Origin: Promethearchaeota archaeon
Lineage (GTDB): Archaea; Asgardarchaeota; Lokiarchaeia; Sigyniarchaeales; SOKP01
Length of the DNA stretch: 64,000 nt
Direction: 5' to 3'
NCBI GenBank assembly: GCA_030603385.1
Contig: JAUVXW010000013.1
Location: forward strand, 21,629 to 85,628
Position 1 is the first letter of the stretch; every line of letters begins with the position of its first letter. The translations under genes were made by a program, and so were the position numbers. Below are positions 49,724-60,429 of this stretch, piece by piece. The notes under the pieces are model-generated. The model was not told the DNA's origin. It saw only the letters and a program-made list of their open reading frames with translations, and made no database searches.

Positions 49724-50101
49724 ATGCCTGTAGGTATTCTTGTAATTCGTTGGGATAACGAAATTGGCCCAATAAATGAAGGTTTTTATCCGGAGACTTT
49801 AAAGATCACTAACAATCTACTCACGCAAGTTTATTCGAGTCACAGATACCAGAGTCTCAAACCCGGCTTCGCGAGCATCGCGCTCAAGAATAATAAAGTA
49901 GTATCATTTTTCTCAGGAGTAGGACAAGATTTTATTTCAGTTGAGAATTATGTTGTGGCTCTTATACTTCGAAGAGATGAAAAACCTGGAAAATATCGAG
50001 AGGTATTAAAGACAATTGCGGCTGAAATTCTTGAAAAAATCCCAGATGACTCATTTCGGGAGGTTTTACCTGGGCTTTATTACCAATTAGCCAAGGTATA
50101 A
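49724..50101 (+). CDS. Longin/uDENN-like small protein
   Basis: ILVIRWDNEIGPINEGFYPE resembles the uDENN/NPR2 N-terminal hairpin motif. Confidence 0.55.
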   Translation: MPVGILVIRWDNEIGPINEGFYPETLKITNNLLTQVYSSHRYQSLKPGFASIALKNNKVVSFFSGVGQDFISVENYVVALILRRDEKPGKYREVLKTIAAEILEKIPDDSFREVLPGLYYQLAKV

Positions 50102-50159
50102 GGATCTTTTATTATTATCCTTTTTTTAAATTGCTTAAAATGAATTAAGATAAGTTAAA

Positions 50160-51167
50160 CTAACTATCTTCAATTTTTTGTTTAACAACGATTTTACCTT
50201 GTTCATTAGTTTCAAGAATGCCTGCATTTTCTAAATCTTGAACATTTCTTTTGACTATAACTATAGGAGAACCAAGAGCGGCTCGGAGATCTTCTAAACT
50301 TATTGCTCCTACCTCTTCAACTATAAGAAAAGTTTTGAAAAGTACTTCTTTTTCCATTAACGGTTTTAGTTTATCAAAATATTGGATCTTTTCGATGTTG
50401 TCTTTATGGAAATCTTGGATTTCCTTAATCTTTTTGTTTAAACGCTCTAGTTCTGCATTAGCTTCTCTATTTTTATCACTTAGTTCTCCAACTTTATTAA
50501 TTAATTCTTCATGTTTATTTCTCATTTGTTGAAATCTAGAAACAGCATCTTTCGCTTCAGAGTCTTTTTCTGTAGAAACTAATTTACTATCCAATAATAT
50601 TTGATCAAGTTGATTAAGTTTAGATTTTAATTCTTGTGTTTCTTTTATGTATTTTTCTTCCATTTGCGATATTATTTTAACTTGTTCTTCTTTAAACTTA
50701 TCAGTAAATGCTTCTAATTCTTGTATTTTGTTTTCCAAAGATTTCTTTGATTCCTTTTGCAGAATAAATTCCGAACTTTTTTCAGCCATTTCTGCTCTTA
50801 AATTTCCCATAGTCTCATAAGATTCCTCTAACTTCTTTTGTGTAGGAATAATTTGTTTTTTCATTAATTCAAGTTCCTTTTGTGATTGAGCGATCTCTCC
50901 CTTAGCATATTCTAACTCAAGCTCTTTCTCATTAAGTTGTTGTCTTTGCGCGCCAATTAATTCTTTTAATTCAAGAATATCTTCTGGAATATCGCTCATT
51001 TTAGAGATCTTGGTTTTTTGGTCATCTATTATAGCCTCTTGTTCACTAACTACTCTTTTTTGACGTTCTACTAGTGCTGTTAACTTATCTACTTTTGATT
51101 GCAAAATAGCAGTTTTCTTTTCACTAGATTCAATGCCATCTAATACATCTCTTAAATCTTTTGACAC
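50160..51167 (-). CDS. Coiled-coil protein with C-terminal winged helix
   Basis: ~270 aa of heptads, then ISLEDLRAALG...VQDLENAGILE. Confidence 0.75.
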   Translation of the reverse strand: MSKDLRDVLDGIESSEKKTAILQSKVDKLTALVERQKRVVSEQEAIIDDQKTKISKMSDIPEDILELKELIGAQRQQLNEKELELEYAKGEIAQSQKELELMKKQIIPTQKKLEESYETMGNLRAEMAEKSSEFILQKESKKSLENKIQELEAFTDKFKEEQVKIISQMEEKYIKETQELKSKLNQLDQILLDSKLVSTEKDSEAKDAVSRFQQMRNKHEELINKVGELSDKNREANAELERLNKKIKEIQDFHKDNIEKIQYFDKLKPLMEKEVLFKTFLIVEEVGAISLEDLRAALGSPIVIVKRNVQDLENAGILETNEQGKIVVKQKIEDS

Positions 51168-51339
51168 AGTTAATTTAGCCTCAATTTTTAATTTAAAATA
51201 GAATAGTATAAAATGTTAATGTAGCAAATATATTTATTATTTTTTTTAATAGAAACTTATAACTAGTATGAGGGATTAGTTTTTTATAATTTTCGAAATT
51301 GAAAGATAGTTCATCCTTCCTAGTAGTAAATTCTATAAG

Positions 51340-51921
51340 GTGATACAAATTTCTGCAATTTATTTTAAACCCACTCATTTAAACATTATCATACTTATAA
51401 CTTTTGAAGATTTAGAGGAACAAAAGAAAATTAAGTTAAAAGAAATTCATTTTTTCAAAAATAAGACTGATGCTACTAATTTTGTTGGACGAGAAAAGCT
51501 TGAATTGATAGAAGATACTCATACAATTTCAAGAAACGATGTTCAAAATTTAATAGATTTAATCAACAATCACTTATCAGGAGGAAAAATCAATTTATTT
51601 GATAAGATAAGTGAGTTAGGCATCCAATTGGATATACAAGAAAAATTCCCAACAAGTTTTTCTCAAGATGTTGTTAGAAGTCTCATTAACCTGAAACCTG
51701 GTGAAATAACGACATATTCAAAAATCGGTAATGAAATTGGCTCAAAAGCCTATAGAGCTATAGGAAATGTCTGTAAATCAAATCCAATACCATTAGTTAT
51801 TCCTTGTCACCGCGTTCTAAGAAAAAACGGAGAAATCGGTGGTTTTATGGGGAAATCAGATAAAACATGGGAGACAAATCTAAAAAAACAATTATTAAAA
51901 ATAGAAGGATATCAAATATAG
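51340..51921 (+). CDS. ogt: Methylated-DNA--protein-cysteine methyltransferase
   Basis: RAIG, NPIPLVIPCHRV. Confidence 0.93.
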   Translation: MIQISAIYFKPTHLNIIILITFEDLEEQKKIKLKEIHFFKNKTDATNFVGREKLELIEDTHTISRNDVQNLIDLINNHLSGGKINLFDKISELGIQLDIQEKFPTSFSQDVVRSLINLKPGEITTYSKIGNEIGSKAYRAIGNVCKSNPIPLVIPCHRVLRKNGEIGGFMGKSDKTWETNLKKQLLKIEGYQI

Positions 51922-51936
51922 AAATCCGGATTTCTA
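51919..51936. promoter_or_regulatory. Perfect 18-bp palindrome between ogt and the DUF1015 gene
   Basis: TAGAAATCCGGATTTCTA. Confidence 0.4.
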
Positions 51937-51980
51937 ACAATCGAAATTAATATAAGAGCTTATATCTTTTATTAAATATT

Positions 51981-53183
51981 ATGGTACTTGTATCTCCACT
52001 TAAACCTTTTATTCCCATCAATCCCGCAGAATTTTGCACTAATCCTTATGATATAATTAGCAAGGAAGAGGAACAAGAATTAAAAAAGATTCTTAATTCA
52101 TTGATACATCTTATTTTACCTAGTGGTGTAGGAAATGAGATTTATGAAAATGCTGCTAAAGCGTATAACAATTTTAAAGAGAGAAAAATAATCGAACAAG
52201 AAAAAACTCCAAGTATATTTATATATCGGCAAGAATCTGCTCATTTTAGTCATCAAGGATTAATAATTGGAATTTCTCTTAAAGATTATGAGGATGGCAA
52301 TATTGTGAAACACGAACACACCCGAGAAAAACCACTTAAAGACAGAACAAATCATATTGTTACAACTAATGTCGCAGCGGGTTTAGTTTGGACTGTTTTT
52401 AAAGCAAATAATAAGATAAATCAGATGATTGAGCAAATTAAAGAAAAGAGACCTAAATTCAATTTTAATAAATATGGCTATAAGCATATATTGTGGCAAG
52501 AAACTAATTCTACTATTATCAACAAATTAAAAGACTTATTTAAAAAAGAAAAAATATATATTGCTGATGGACATCACAGGGCGGCGAGTGCTGCTGAATA
52601 TCGTAAAATTCAGTTGAAAAAATCTAATAAAGACGAAATATCTGAAGAACCATGGCAATACTTATTATCATATGTAGCTTCTGATGATCAAATTCGCATA
52701 TTGCCATATAATCGGGTTGTTAGAAAACTTCCAATATCAAAAACTGAATTCTTAAAGAATTTAGAAGAGATATTTAACATAGAATTAATAGAAAATGCTT
52801 TTAATCCAGTAGAGAAAAATGAGATTGCGATGTGTCTAATGTGTAAATGGTATAAACTAACAATTAAAAATAAAAAATTTAAATCCAAACGAGAATCTTT
52901 AGATGTTGCTATTCTTCAAGATAAGGTATTAGAGCCTATCCTAGGTATTAGTGATCCTCGTGCCGATGAAAATATCTTCTTTGTAGGAGGTATACGGGAT
53001 CCTAAAGAAATGGAAAAATACATAACTGAAAAAGGAAATGATCTATTTTTTAATTTATATCCGGTAGATATTAGAGATTTAGAGGCGATTGCGGATAAGG
53101 GAGGTGTGATGCCACCCAAATCTACCTGGTTTGACCCAAAAGTTCTCTCTGGGTTAGTTATACATGATTTAAAAGAATATTAA
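51981..53183 (+). CDS. DUF1015-family protein
   Basis: PYDII, KHEHT, YIADGHHR, MPPKSTWFDPK; next to serA and an aminotransferase. Confidence 0.9.
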   Translation: MVLVSPLKPFIPINPAEFCTNPYDIISKEEEQELKKILNSLIHLILPSGVGNEIYENAAKAYNNFKERKIIEQEKTPSIFIYRQESAHFSHQGLIIGISLKDYEDGNIVKHEHTREKPLKDRTNHIVTTNVAAGLVWTVFKANNKINQMIEQIKEKRPKFNFNKYGYKHILWQETNSTIINKLKDLFKKEKIYIADGHHRAASAAEYRKIQLKKSNKDEISEEPWQYLLSYVASDDQIRILPYNRVVRKLPISKTEFLKNLEEIFNIELIENAFNPVEKNEIAMCLMCKWYKLTIKNKKFKSKRESLDVAILQDKVLEPILGISDPRADENIFFVGGIRDPKEMEKYITEKGNDLFFNLYPVDIRDLEAIADKGGVMPPKSTWFDPKVLSGLVIHDLKEY

Positions 53184-53192
53184 GAAAACTAA

Positions 53193-54128
53193 TTATTGAT
53201 ATTTCTTAAGAAATTCTGACATTTTTTCTGCAATCATAGTAGCAGCAGCAATTTGATTTTCAATACTTTGGCTCCCGATATGAGGTGTAAGTATTAGATT
53301 TTCTTCACATTTTATCAATTCTGGATCCTTAAGAGGTTCCTCACGATAAACATCAAGAGCTGCACCCGAGATATTTTTGTTCTCTAATGCTTTTATTAAA
53401 GCCTTATCGTCAATTAATTTACCTCTGGCAGTATTAATAATTACGGCATCTTTTCTCATAAGTTTAATTAGGTCTTCATTGATTATATTTTCAGTTTGAG
53501 GAGTAGCAGGAAGATGTAATGATATTATTTGAGCATCTTTCACCAAATCCTCAATTGAATTATAAATAGAACATCCAATTTCTTTAGCTTCATCTATAGC
53601 TATTTGGCCTTTACTGAACCGTGAGTAAACTCCAACACTCATTCCCATAGCAAGTGTGATTTTTGCTAAGTGTTTTGCTATATTTCCAAATCCAATTAAT
53701 CCCAGTTTTTTTCCTTTTAATGTATAACCTAAATATTGACTTTTATTCCATTGTCCTTGGTGAGTTGTACGATCAGCATGAGAAATTTTCCTTGCTAATG
53801 ATAACATTAAGCCTAAAGCTAACTCTGCTACTGATACAGCTGGAGCTTCGGGAGTATTTAAAACTTCTATATTCATTTCAGCTGCTTTTTGTCTGTCTAC
53901 ATTGTCTAAGCCAACTCCTGCTCTACCAATAGCTTTCAAATTTTTTGCATTTTCTAACACGTCAGCGGTTAACTTTGTTCTTGAGCGAATTACAATCCCA
54001 TCATATTTTTCTATTTCCTCTTTTAGTTCATCATGAGTTATAGTAAATTTTTTTATAACCTCAAAGCCATTATCTTCAAATATTTTGATACCTTTATCTT
54101 GAAGCTTATCGCTAATTAATACTTTCAT
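53193..54128 (-). CDS. serA: D-3-phosphoglycerate dehydrogenase
   Basis: RAGVGLDNVD, GFGNIA, INTARG, TPHIG. Confidence 0.88.
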   Translation of the reverse strand: MKVLISDKLQDKGIKIFEDNGFEVIKKFTITHDELKEEIEKYDGIVIRSRTKLTADVLENAKNLKAIGRAGVGLDNVDRQKAAEMNIEVLNTPEAPAVSVAELALGLMLSLARKISHADRTTHQGQWNKSQYLGYTLKGKKLGLIGFGNIAKHLAKITLAMGMSVGVYSRFSKGQIAIDEAKEIGCSIYNSIEDLVKDAQIISLHLPATPQTENIINEDLIKLMRKDAVIINTARGKLIDDKALIKALENKNISGAALDVYREEPLKDPELIKCEENLILTPHIGSQSIENQIAAATMIAEKMSEFLKKYQ

Positions 54129-54273
54129 TTATATCACATGGATTTAATTTAAGTAAATTGAATAATTTTTCTAATTTATTGAGTTTTAAAGAGTTTTAGA
54201 TATTTCATTAATCTTTTTTTTCATTTAAAAAGTTAATAAAAAAATATGATAATTTGATGAAAGCCTTAAAGAA

Positions 54274-55386
54274 TTATTTTAACTCCTTTATGATTTCTGT
54301 AAGGACTTTTAACATTTTTTCAAGGTCGTTAAGATTAATTTCTCCCATATGGCCAATTCGGAACGTTTTGTTTACAAGGTTTCCATACCCATTAACAATT
54401 CGATAACCTTTTTCTAAAAGCATTGAAACCATTTTTGGGATATCAAGATTTAATGAATTGCTTATAGTTGAGACAGTATTTGATTCATATCCCTTCTCAG
54501 GAAACATTTTAAGATTCATCTCGTGAACCCATTCACGTGTTCGTCTTCCAAGTTGCTCATGTCTTTCAAATCTTTTCTCTAAACCTTCTTCATTTAATAT
54601 ATAATCTAATTGAGCAGTTAATCCTCTTATTTGTGGTATAGGTGGAGTGGTTGGAGTTTGATGCTTAGCATTCCTTTTTTTCAATCCGATAAAATCGAAA
54701 TAAAATCCTCTATTTTTCACTTTTTCTGCTTTTTCGAACGCTGCATCTGATACAGAACATACAGCAAGCCCAGGAGGTAAGGCAAAACATTTCTGAACTG
54801 AAGCTAAACAAACATCGATTCCTAGTTTATCAACCTCAACTTTGACACCAGCCATTGAAGAAGTAGCATCTACACACACCAATGTACCATAATCTTTTAA
54901 AATGGGTACCACTTTATCAACAGGATTATATACTCCTGTAGAAGTTTCATTTGATTGAATAAAAACTACTGAATAGTTATCTCTATCCATTACCTCTTTA
55001 GCAAATTCACCAGTAATGGCATGTCCCCATTCAACACCTTCTTTTATGCCATTTTTACCATTTGATATTCCAATATCATACCATCTATCACCAAAGGCTC
55101 CAATTGACAAAAATAATGCTTTATCGTCATCATTAATTAAATTTCTGACACACGCTTCCATAACACCTGTAGCACTTGATGTAAATATCAAACATTCGTT
55201 TTTAGTATCTAATAATCTTTGAAGTCCCTCAGTGGCAATTTGATGCATTTCTGAGTAAGGTTTTGATCTGTGAGTATCATTTGGTTTTGATAATTCCTTT
55301 AGAACTCTTTCTGGAACATGAACAGGTCCAGGAGTAAATAATGTTAACTGAGAACCTTTCTCTTTATTAAAATGAACATCGGTCAT
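54274..55386 (-). CDS. Class V PLP aminotransferase (probable phosphoserine/serine aminotransferase)
   Basis: FTPGP, NETSTGV, VDATSS, SVQK, FRIGHMG. Confidence 0.92.
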   Translation of the reverse strand: MTDVHFNKEKGSQLTLFTPGPVHVPERVLKELSKPNDTHRSKPYSEMHQIATEGLQRLLDTKNECLIFTSSATGVMEACVRNLINDDDKALFLSIGAFGDRWYDIGISNGKNGIKEGVEWGHAITGEFAKEVMDRDNYSVVFIQSNETSTGVYNPVDKVVPILKDYGTLVCVDATSSMAGVKVEVDKLGIDVCLASVQKCFALPPGLAVCSVSDAAFEKAEKVKNRGFYFDFIGLKKRNAKHQTPTTPPIPQIRGLTAQLDYILNEEGLEKRFERHEQLGRRTREWVHEMNLKMFPEKGYESNTVSTISNSLNLDIPKMVSMLLEKGYRIVNGYGNLVNKTFRIGHMGEINLNDLEKMLKVLTEIIKELK

Positions 55387-55597
55387 AGTTGATGCAATTT
55401 TTCTTTTAATTTAGATTTTTAAATTTGACACATTAATTAAGTTTTCTAATATTTTTATTATTTTTTAGCACATTCCTTAACTATAAAAAAAATTCAGAAC
55501 TTAATTTGATTTCAAACTCGACCCATTTGCTATCTGATTGAATAGTACCAAATAGGACGCGGTATGAATTGTTTATAGTATGAGATCTTGAATTTTG

Positions 55598-56284
55598 CTA
55601 TTTTATTTTTTCTAGAATAGCATTTCCCTCGGGATCAATGAAGTTAAGATAATCTGATGTTATATAAAAGAAGAGTATAAAATTTCTGATATGTAATAGT
55701 GATAAACCATACTCGCTTAAATATAATGCAGCTCTCCCCAGAATATTGACTAAAAGCGTAATAGAGAGTGTAATAGTGTGAATTAAGATAAAATCTTGAG
55801 GAATAATAGCAGGAGAGAGAAATGCTAGAATACAGACTACTATAGTCATAATACCTATTACAATATTAATATTACAATACTTTAATGAATAATTTTTAAT
55901 GATAGATCCTTTAATGATACCAGCAATACCAACAATCATCAAAGGGAAGGCAGTTAAATTAATTATTGTTTGAAGTGTGACATTAGGTTGCCTTAAAATA
56001 AAGTTTAGCATTAGTGTAGAAAATATTATTGAAACGACACCCAATAGAATTCTATTTAGATTTCCAACATTTCCCCGATTTCTTTTATTATTACCATTAA
56101 TTATTTTTATAATTCCATAAAAAAATAAGGCTACAAGAGGATAAACTAGCATCGACAACAACCATTCTAATCTAAAAAACAATAGAAAACCACAATAAGA
56201 TAATATTAAAAGAACCGAGATATAGTTATCCGCTCGAATTTTATCTTTATGTATTAATTCTATCATAAGATTTTCATTTATCAT
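55598..56284 (-). CDS. Hypothetical membrane protein (HdeD/DUF308-like)
   Basis: About 6 TM helices. Confidence 0.55.
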   Translation of the reverse strand: MINENLMIELIHKDKIRADNYISVLLILSYCGFLLFFRLEWLLSMLVYPLVALFFYGIIKIINGNNKRNRGNVGNLNRILLGVVSIIFSTLMLNFILRQPNVTLQTIINLTAFPLMIVGIAGIIKGSIIKNYSLKYCNINIVIGIMTIVVCILAFLSPAIIPQDFILIHTITLSITLLVNILGRAALYLSEYGLSLLHIRNFILFFYITSDYLNFIDPEGNAILEKIK

Positions 56285-56385
56285 TATTAAATGATTTATT
56301 TCCTTTTTATTTATTACTATTTATATTCTAAATGATTGATATATCGTATAATTATGGGATCGGTCTAAAGGGAAAAATCCGTTAA

Positions 56386-57321
56386 TTAAAAGAATAGGAT
56401 AATATAATTTCCTAAAATTATCAAACATACAGCAATGAAAAATCGCTTACGAAATTTCTCTTTTAAAAATATAATTGAAAAGATTTGTTGGACCATTGGG
56501 GTGTTTATAGTAAAAGTTGACGTTAAAATTAACCCATTAATAGCTGCTGCTTTATAGAATAATGCATCGGCAAATCCCAGGGAGAGAATACCTGCAATTC
56601 CAATATATATAAAATATTTTAAATTCTTTCGATTTCCTTTTTTAAAACCTGAATAATATATTGGTTGGAATATCCCTAAAGGTAAAAATATTATAACAGC
56701 CATAACCACCCTTAAAAAATTAGTAACAAATACATCACCAGAAATAATTCTTGCTTGATTAAATGAAAGAATCGCCACAGCCCATAAAAATGCAGCTCCA
56801 ACTGCGAACAAAACTCCAATAATGACATCTTCAGAGTTTTTATCTTTTAAATTCCCATTAAACTCGATTTTTTCGGTTTTATCCTTAGAACTTAGTATAA
56901 AAACACTGAATAGAAATAAAAAGCCCCCCAATAAAATTGAAATTTTTAATTCTTCACCAAATAAGAATACACTAAATGGAAATATAAAAATAAGTGAGAG
57001 TTGGACAAGAGGGTAGGCCCGAGAAGCATCCATTTTCTTTAAAGACATATAATAAAATAGATCTCCAACTGTAACACTCAATCCTGATATAAGGCACGCT
57101 ATTAAATAAGAAATCAATTCTGAATTATTTAAATTATTAAAAAAATAATAATTTCCAAAAATTAGGGAGAAAATAAATGTTCCAAATGAAACGCAACATA
57201 GTCTAAAAAATAAATTTGCCTTTGGTTCTGTTTTCTCTAATCCTGTTTTATAAACAAGTGAGGCTATTGCCCATGCAAATACTGCGTAAATTGTAAAAAT
57301 TAATCCAATTAATACAACCAT
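56386..57321 (-). CDS. DMT/EamA-family transporter
   Basis: Two five-TM repeats ending FLFGEE and IFLKEK. Confidence 0.88.
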   Translation of the reverse strand: MVVLIGLIFTIYAVFAWAIASLVYKTGLEKTEPKANLFFRLCCVSFGTFIFSLIFGNYYFFNNLNNSELISYLIACLISGLSVTVGDLFYYMSLKKMDASRAYPLVQLSLIFIFPFSVFLFGEELKISILLGGFLFLFSVFILSSKDKTEKIEFNGNLKDKNSEDVIIGVLFAVGAAFLWAVAILSFNQARIISGDVFVTNFLRVVMAVIIFLPLGIFQPIYYSGFKKGNRKNLKYFIYIGIAGILSLGFADALFYKAAAINGLILTSTFTINTPMVQQIFSIIFLKEKFRKRFFIAVCLIILGNYIILFF

Positions 57322-57518
57322 TTAAAAAATATTATTTAAAATTGTTTTAAAAGTATTGTTTTTAGCGTATTGATTTTAGCTTTAAGAGAAATTCTTGAAT
57401 CTGAAATTATACAATTTCAAACAAATTAAAAAATCCCCTTTTATTGCCTGATATGATCGACTATAATTTATATTAAATTAGAAGAAATTTATTAAATTAT
57501 AAGTTCTTTAATGAAATT

Positions 57519-58214
57519 ATGAGGAATGAAGAAAAATTAAATTCTGAGTTTCTGAAGAACTATAGATTCGAAATTAATATGACGCCTAAATCTGAAGAAA
57601 ATTATAAATCTAAAATTTTAAAAACTGGCACTACTACAGTTGGTTTGATTTGTAAAGATGCGGTTATTTTCGGAACAGATAAAAGAGCATCGATGGGTTA
57701 TTTTGTAGCCAGTAAAACTTCAGAAAAAGTGTATAAAATTCAAGATCATCTCTGGATGACCACAGCAGGGGGTGTAGCTGACGCTCAGTACCTTGTAGAT
57801 GTTTTACGCGCAGAGACTACTCTTTTTCAACTAGCACATGATGGTAAACCTATAATAATAAAATCTGCTGGAAAATTATTATCAAATATATTGTATGCTA
57901 ATAAAATGTATCCTTTTGAAGTCGGACTTATATTAGGTGGAGTTACAGAAGAGGAAGGACCAACTCTCCTACAAATAGGGGCTTATGGCTCCATATTAAC
58001 AGAGAAATTCTGTTGCGTAGGTAGTGGTCAAAATTTTTCTTATGGTGTTTTGGAAGCAAAATATAAAGATAATTTAACTGTAGAAGAGGGTAAGGAAATC
58101 ATTAAAAAGGCTGTTACCAGCAGTATTATTCGAGATATGGCTTCTGGTAACGGTATAGATATTGCAGTTATCAAAAAAGAAGGTCCAGCTGAGCGCGAGT
58201 TTATCCCAATATAA
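57519..58214 (+). CDS. psmB: Proteasome beta subunit with propeptide
   Basis: KTG/TTTVG, DKRAS, GSG, RDMASG. Confidence 0.95.
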   Translation: MRNEEKLNSEFLKNYRFEINMTPKSEENYKSKILKTGTTTVGLICKDAVIFGTDKRASMGYFVASKTSEKVYKIQDHLWMTTAGGVADAQYLVDVLRAETTLFQLAHDGKPIIIKSAGKLLSNILYANKMYPFEVGLILGGVTEEEGPTLLQIGAYGSILTEKFCCVGSGQNFSYGVLEAKYKDNLTVEEGKEIIKKAVTSSIIRDMASGNGIDIAVIKKEGPAEREFIPI

Positions 58215-58462
58215 ACCTATTTTAAAATAGTAAATCTATACCAAGCTACTCTCCTTTTATTTAAATTTTATGTTCCCTAATTCTTTTTTAATAAAATTTA
58301 AAAGAGAAAATTAAAAATTAGTATTATAATAAACAAAGTTATAATTATTACATACGTTTATAAAAGGTAATTACTTTAAGTAAAACCTCGTGTAGGATCT
58401 AAGAATAAACGACTTAAACTAGTATAAGCAGAAACGAAATTGAGACTTGAGGTGACATTAAA

Positions 58463-59194
58463 TTGAGCTATAAAATTTTAGTAGATTTATCCCATAAGGA
58501 AAAAATTGAAGAATTTCCTGAATTTTCTTTAACAGAAGATGGACATGAAGTAGATTATATTGATAAAAATGAAGGGCCTATAGATTTTGATATACTTGAA
58601 GATTTTGACATATTGTTTATAGGAAATATTCAACACACTCAAAATGGAAAGGATGATAAATTTACACAAGATGAATTAAAAGCTGTTAAAAAATTCATAG
58701 GAGAGGGTGGGGGTCTTTTCTTAACGAGTGGTGATGGAGGAGATCAAGATATATCTATGAAACATGGATCAATTAGAGTCCTATATAAGATAACAGGAGT
58801 TCGAAGGTTTTGGAATGGTATTATTCAAGAAGCTCCATCCAACTTTTTGGTGAAGAAAAGAAATTTATTAGTAACTGAGTTATTCAATCACCCTATTACA
58901 GAGGGAATTACAGAGGTAGTATTACCCAACTGTACATTCTTCACAATTTCAGAAGAAGATGTGGATGACATAATTATAACTTCTGAAAAATCAGAATTTA
59001 AATATTATGTTGATGATGAGTTAGGTGCACTTGGGCCTGTGCCTGTATGTGCAGTTTCTAAGTTTTATGAAGGTAGATGCGTAACTATAGGATCCTCTGA
59101 TTGGCTTACTGAAGATGGTGATTTCGGACTTGATGCCGGCGACAATTTAAAATTCTTGACTAATATTCTTGAATGGTTATCTTTTGAAGTATAG
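58463..59194 (+). CDS. DUF4350/GIFT (IFT52-like) domain protein
   Basis: ILVDLSHKE, FT.DEL.A...F...GGGL, HPITEGI, GR.VTIGSS, DN.KF..N...WL. Confidence 0.7.
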   Translation: MSYKILVDLSHKEKIEEFPEFSLTEDGHEVDYIDKNEGPIDFDILEDFDILFIGNIQHTQNGKDDKFTQDELKAVKKFIGEGGGLFLTSGDGGDQDISMKHGSIRVLYKITGVRRFWNGIIQEAPSNFLVKKRNLLVTELFNHPITEGITEVVLPNCTFFTISEEDVDDIIITSEKSEFKYYVDDELGALGPVPVCAVSKFYEGRCVTIGSSDWLTEDGDFGLDAGDNLKFLTNILEWLSFEV

Positions 59195-59219
59195 TTAATT
59201 AATTAGTTCTTCTTATATT

Positions 59220-60332
59220 ATGGTTTTTAGAGTCCTTAGACCCGATTCTGAGTTTGTTTGGCAAGATTTGGAAATACTTAGACGCTTTTCAAGATACAGA
59301 GGAATTATTGATGGAACACAATTAGCAAGATTTTTAATTGCTAAAACTATTGATTGTGATTATGATTCAAGCGATTCTATAGAGAATCTTGAAGTACTCT
59401 TAAAAGAAAAATCTCTGGAATTCAATGAATTATTAAGAAAAGACATCGAAGAAATTAAATATCGTAAGACTTCCTCTAATTCTTATATACATTTAGCAGA
59501 AACCATTGCGAATAAATATCTTGAAAGTTGTATTTTCTGTGAGCGCCAATGTGAAGTCAATAGGATTGATGGACAAAAGGGTTTTTGTTCAATAACTAAG
59601 GATACATATGTTTCTTCAGCATTCCTCCACATGGGCGAAGAAGCCCCTTTAATCCCTAGCGGAACCATTTTCTTCCAGGGCTGCAATTTTGGCTGCGTAT
59701 TCTGTCAAAATTATGATATTTCTCAAGCATGGAAGGGAGAAAGAGATCTTGATGATATTGCCCAAAGAGTAAATGTTAAAAAATTAGCTACCATTGCAGA
59801 TAAATTAGTTGATAAAGGAGCAATCAACATTAATTATGTTGGAGGAGATCCAATCCCAAATATCCATACAATAATAGGAAGCCTAAATCATCAAACGTGC
59901 AATATCACTCAATTATGGAATTCAAATTTCTATTTATCTAACAAAGCATTATCTTTAATTATAAATTTAATGGATTTTTGGTTGCCAGACTGGAAGTATG
60001 GAAATAATAAATGTGCTAAAAAATACTCTGGCATAGATAACTATTTTGATTTTATTTCTCGTAATCATAAAAGAATTCATGATGAAGGAAGCGGTGAAAT
60101 AATAATTCGCCATCTTGTTTTGCCAGAACACATAGATTGTTGTTCAAAACCAATATTGGACTATGTAGCTAAAGAACTTCCTAATGCTGTCGTGAATATA
60201 ATGAGTCAATTCCGTCCACAGTACAAGGCTTATCAATTCTCTGAAATAAATAGGAGGCCTACTTCTCAAGAAATACTAGAAGTAAAAAATTATGCAAATT
60301 CTTTAGGGATTCTGTACGAACCAGTGTCATAA
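59220..60332 (+). CDS. Radical SAM protein, PflX-like
   Basis: CNFGCVFCQN, HMGEE, IIRHLVLP. Confidence 0.9.
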   Translation: MVFRVLRPDSEFVWQDLEILRRFSRYRGIIDGTQLARFLIAKTIDCDYDSSDSIENLEVLLKEKSLEFNELLRKDIEEIKYRKTSSNSYIHLAETIANKYLESCIFCERQCEVNRIDGQKGFCSITKDTYVSSAFLHMGEEAPLIPSGTIFFQGCNFGCVFCQNYDISQAWKGERDLDDIAQRVNVKKLATIADKLVDKGAININYVGGDPIPNIHTIIGSLNHQTCNITQLWNSNFYLSNKALSLIINLMDFWLPDWKYGNNKCAKKYSGIDNYFDFISRNHKRIHDEGSGEIIIRHLVLPEHIDCCSKPILDYVAKELPNAVVNIMSQFRPQYKAYQFSEINRRPTSQEILEVKNYANSLGILYEPVS

Positions 60333-60429
60333 TAGAACTTTAAAATTAGAAAAATCTAAAAGTAATCAAATATTTAAGAATCCAACTCTTTATTCTTAAT
60401 CTTTTTGAATTTAATATTATGGGTTAATC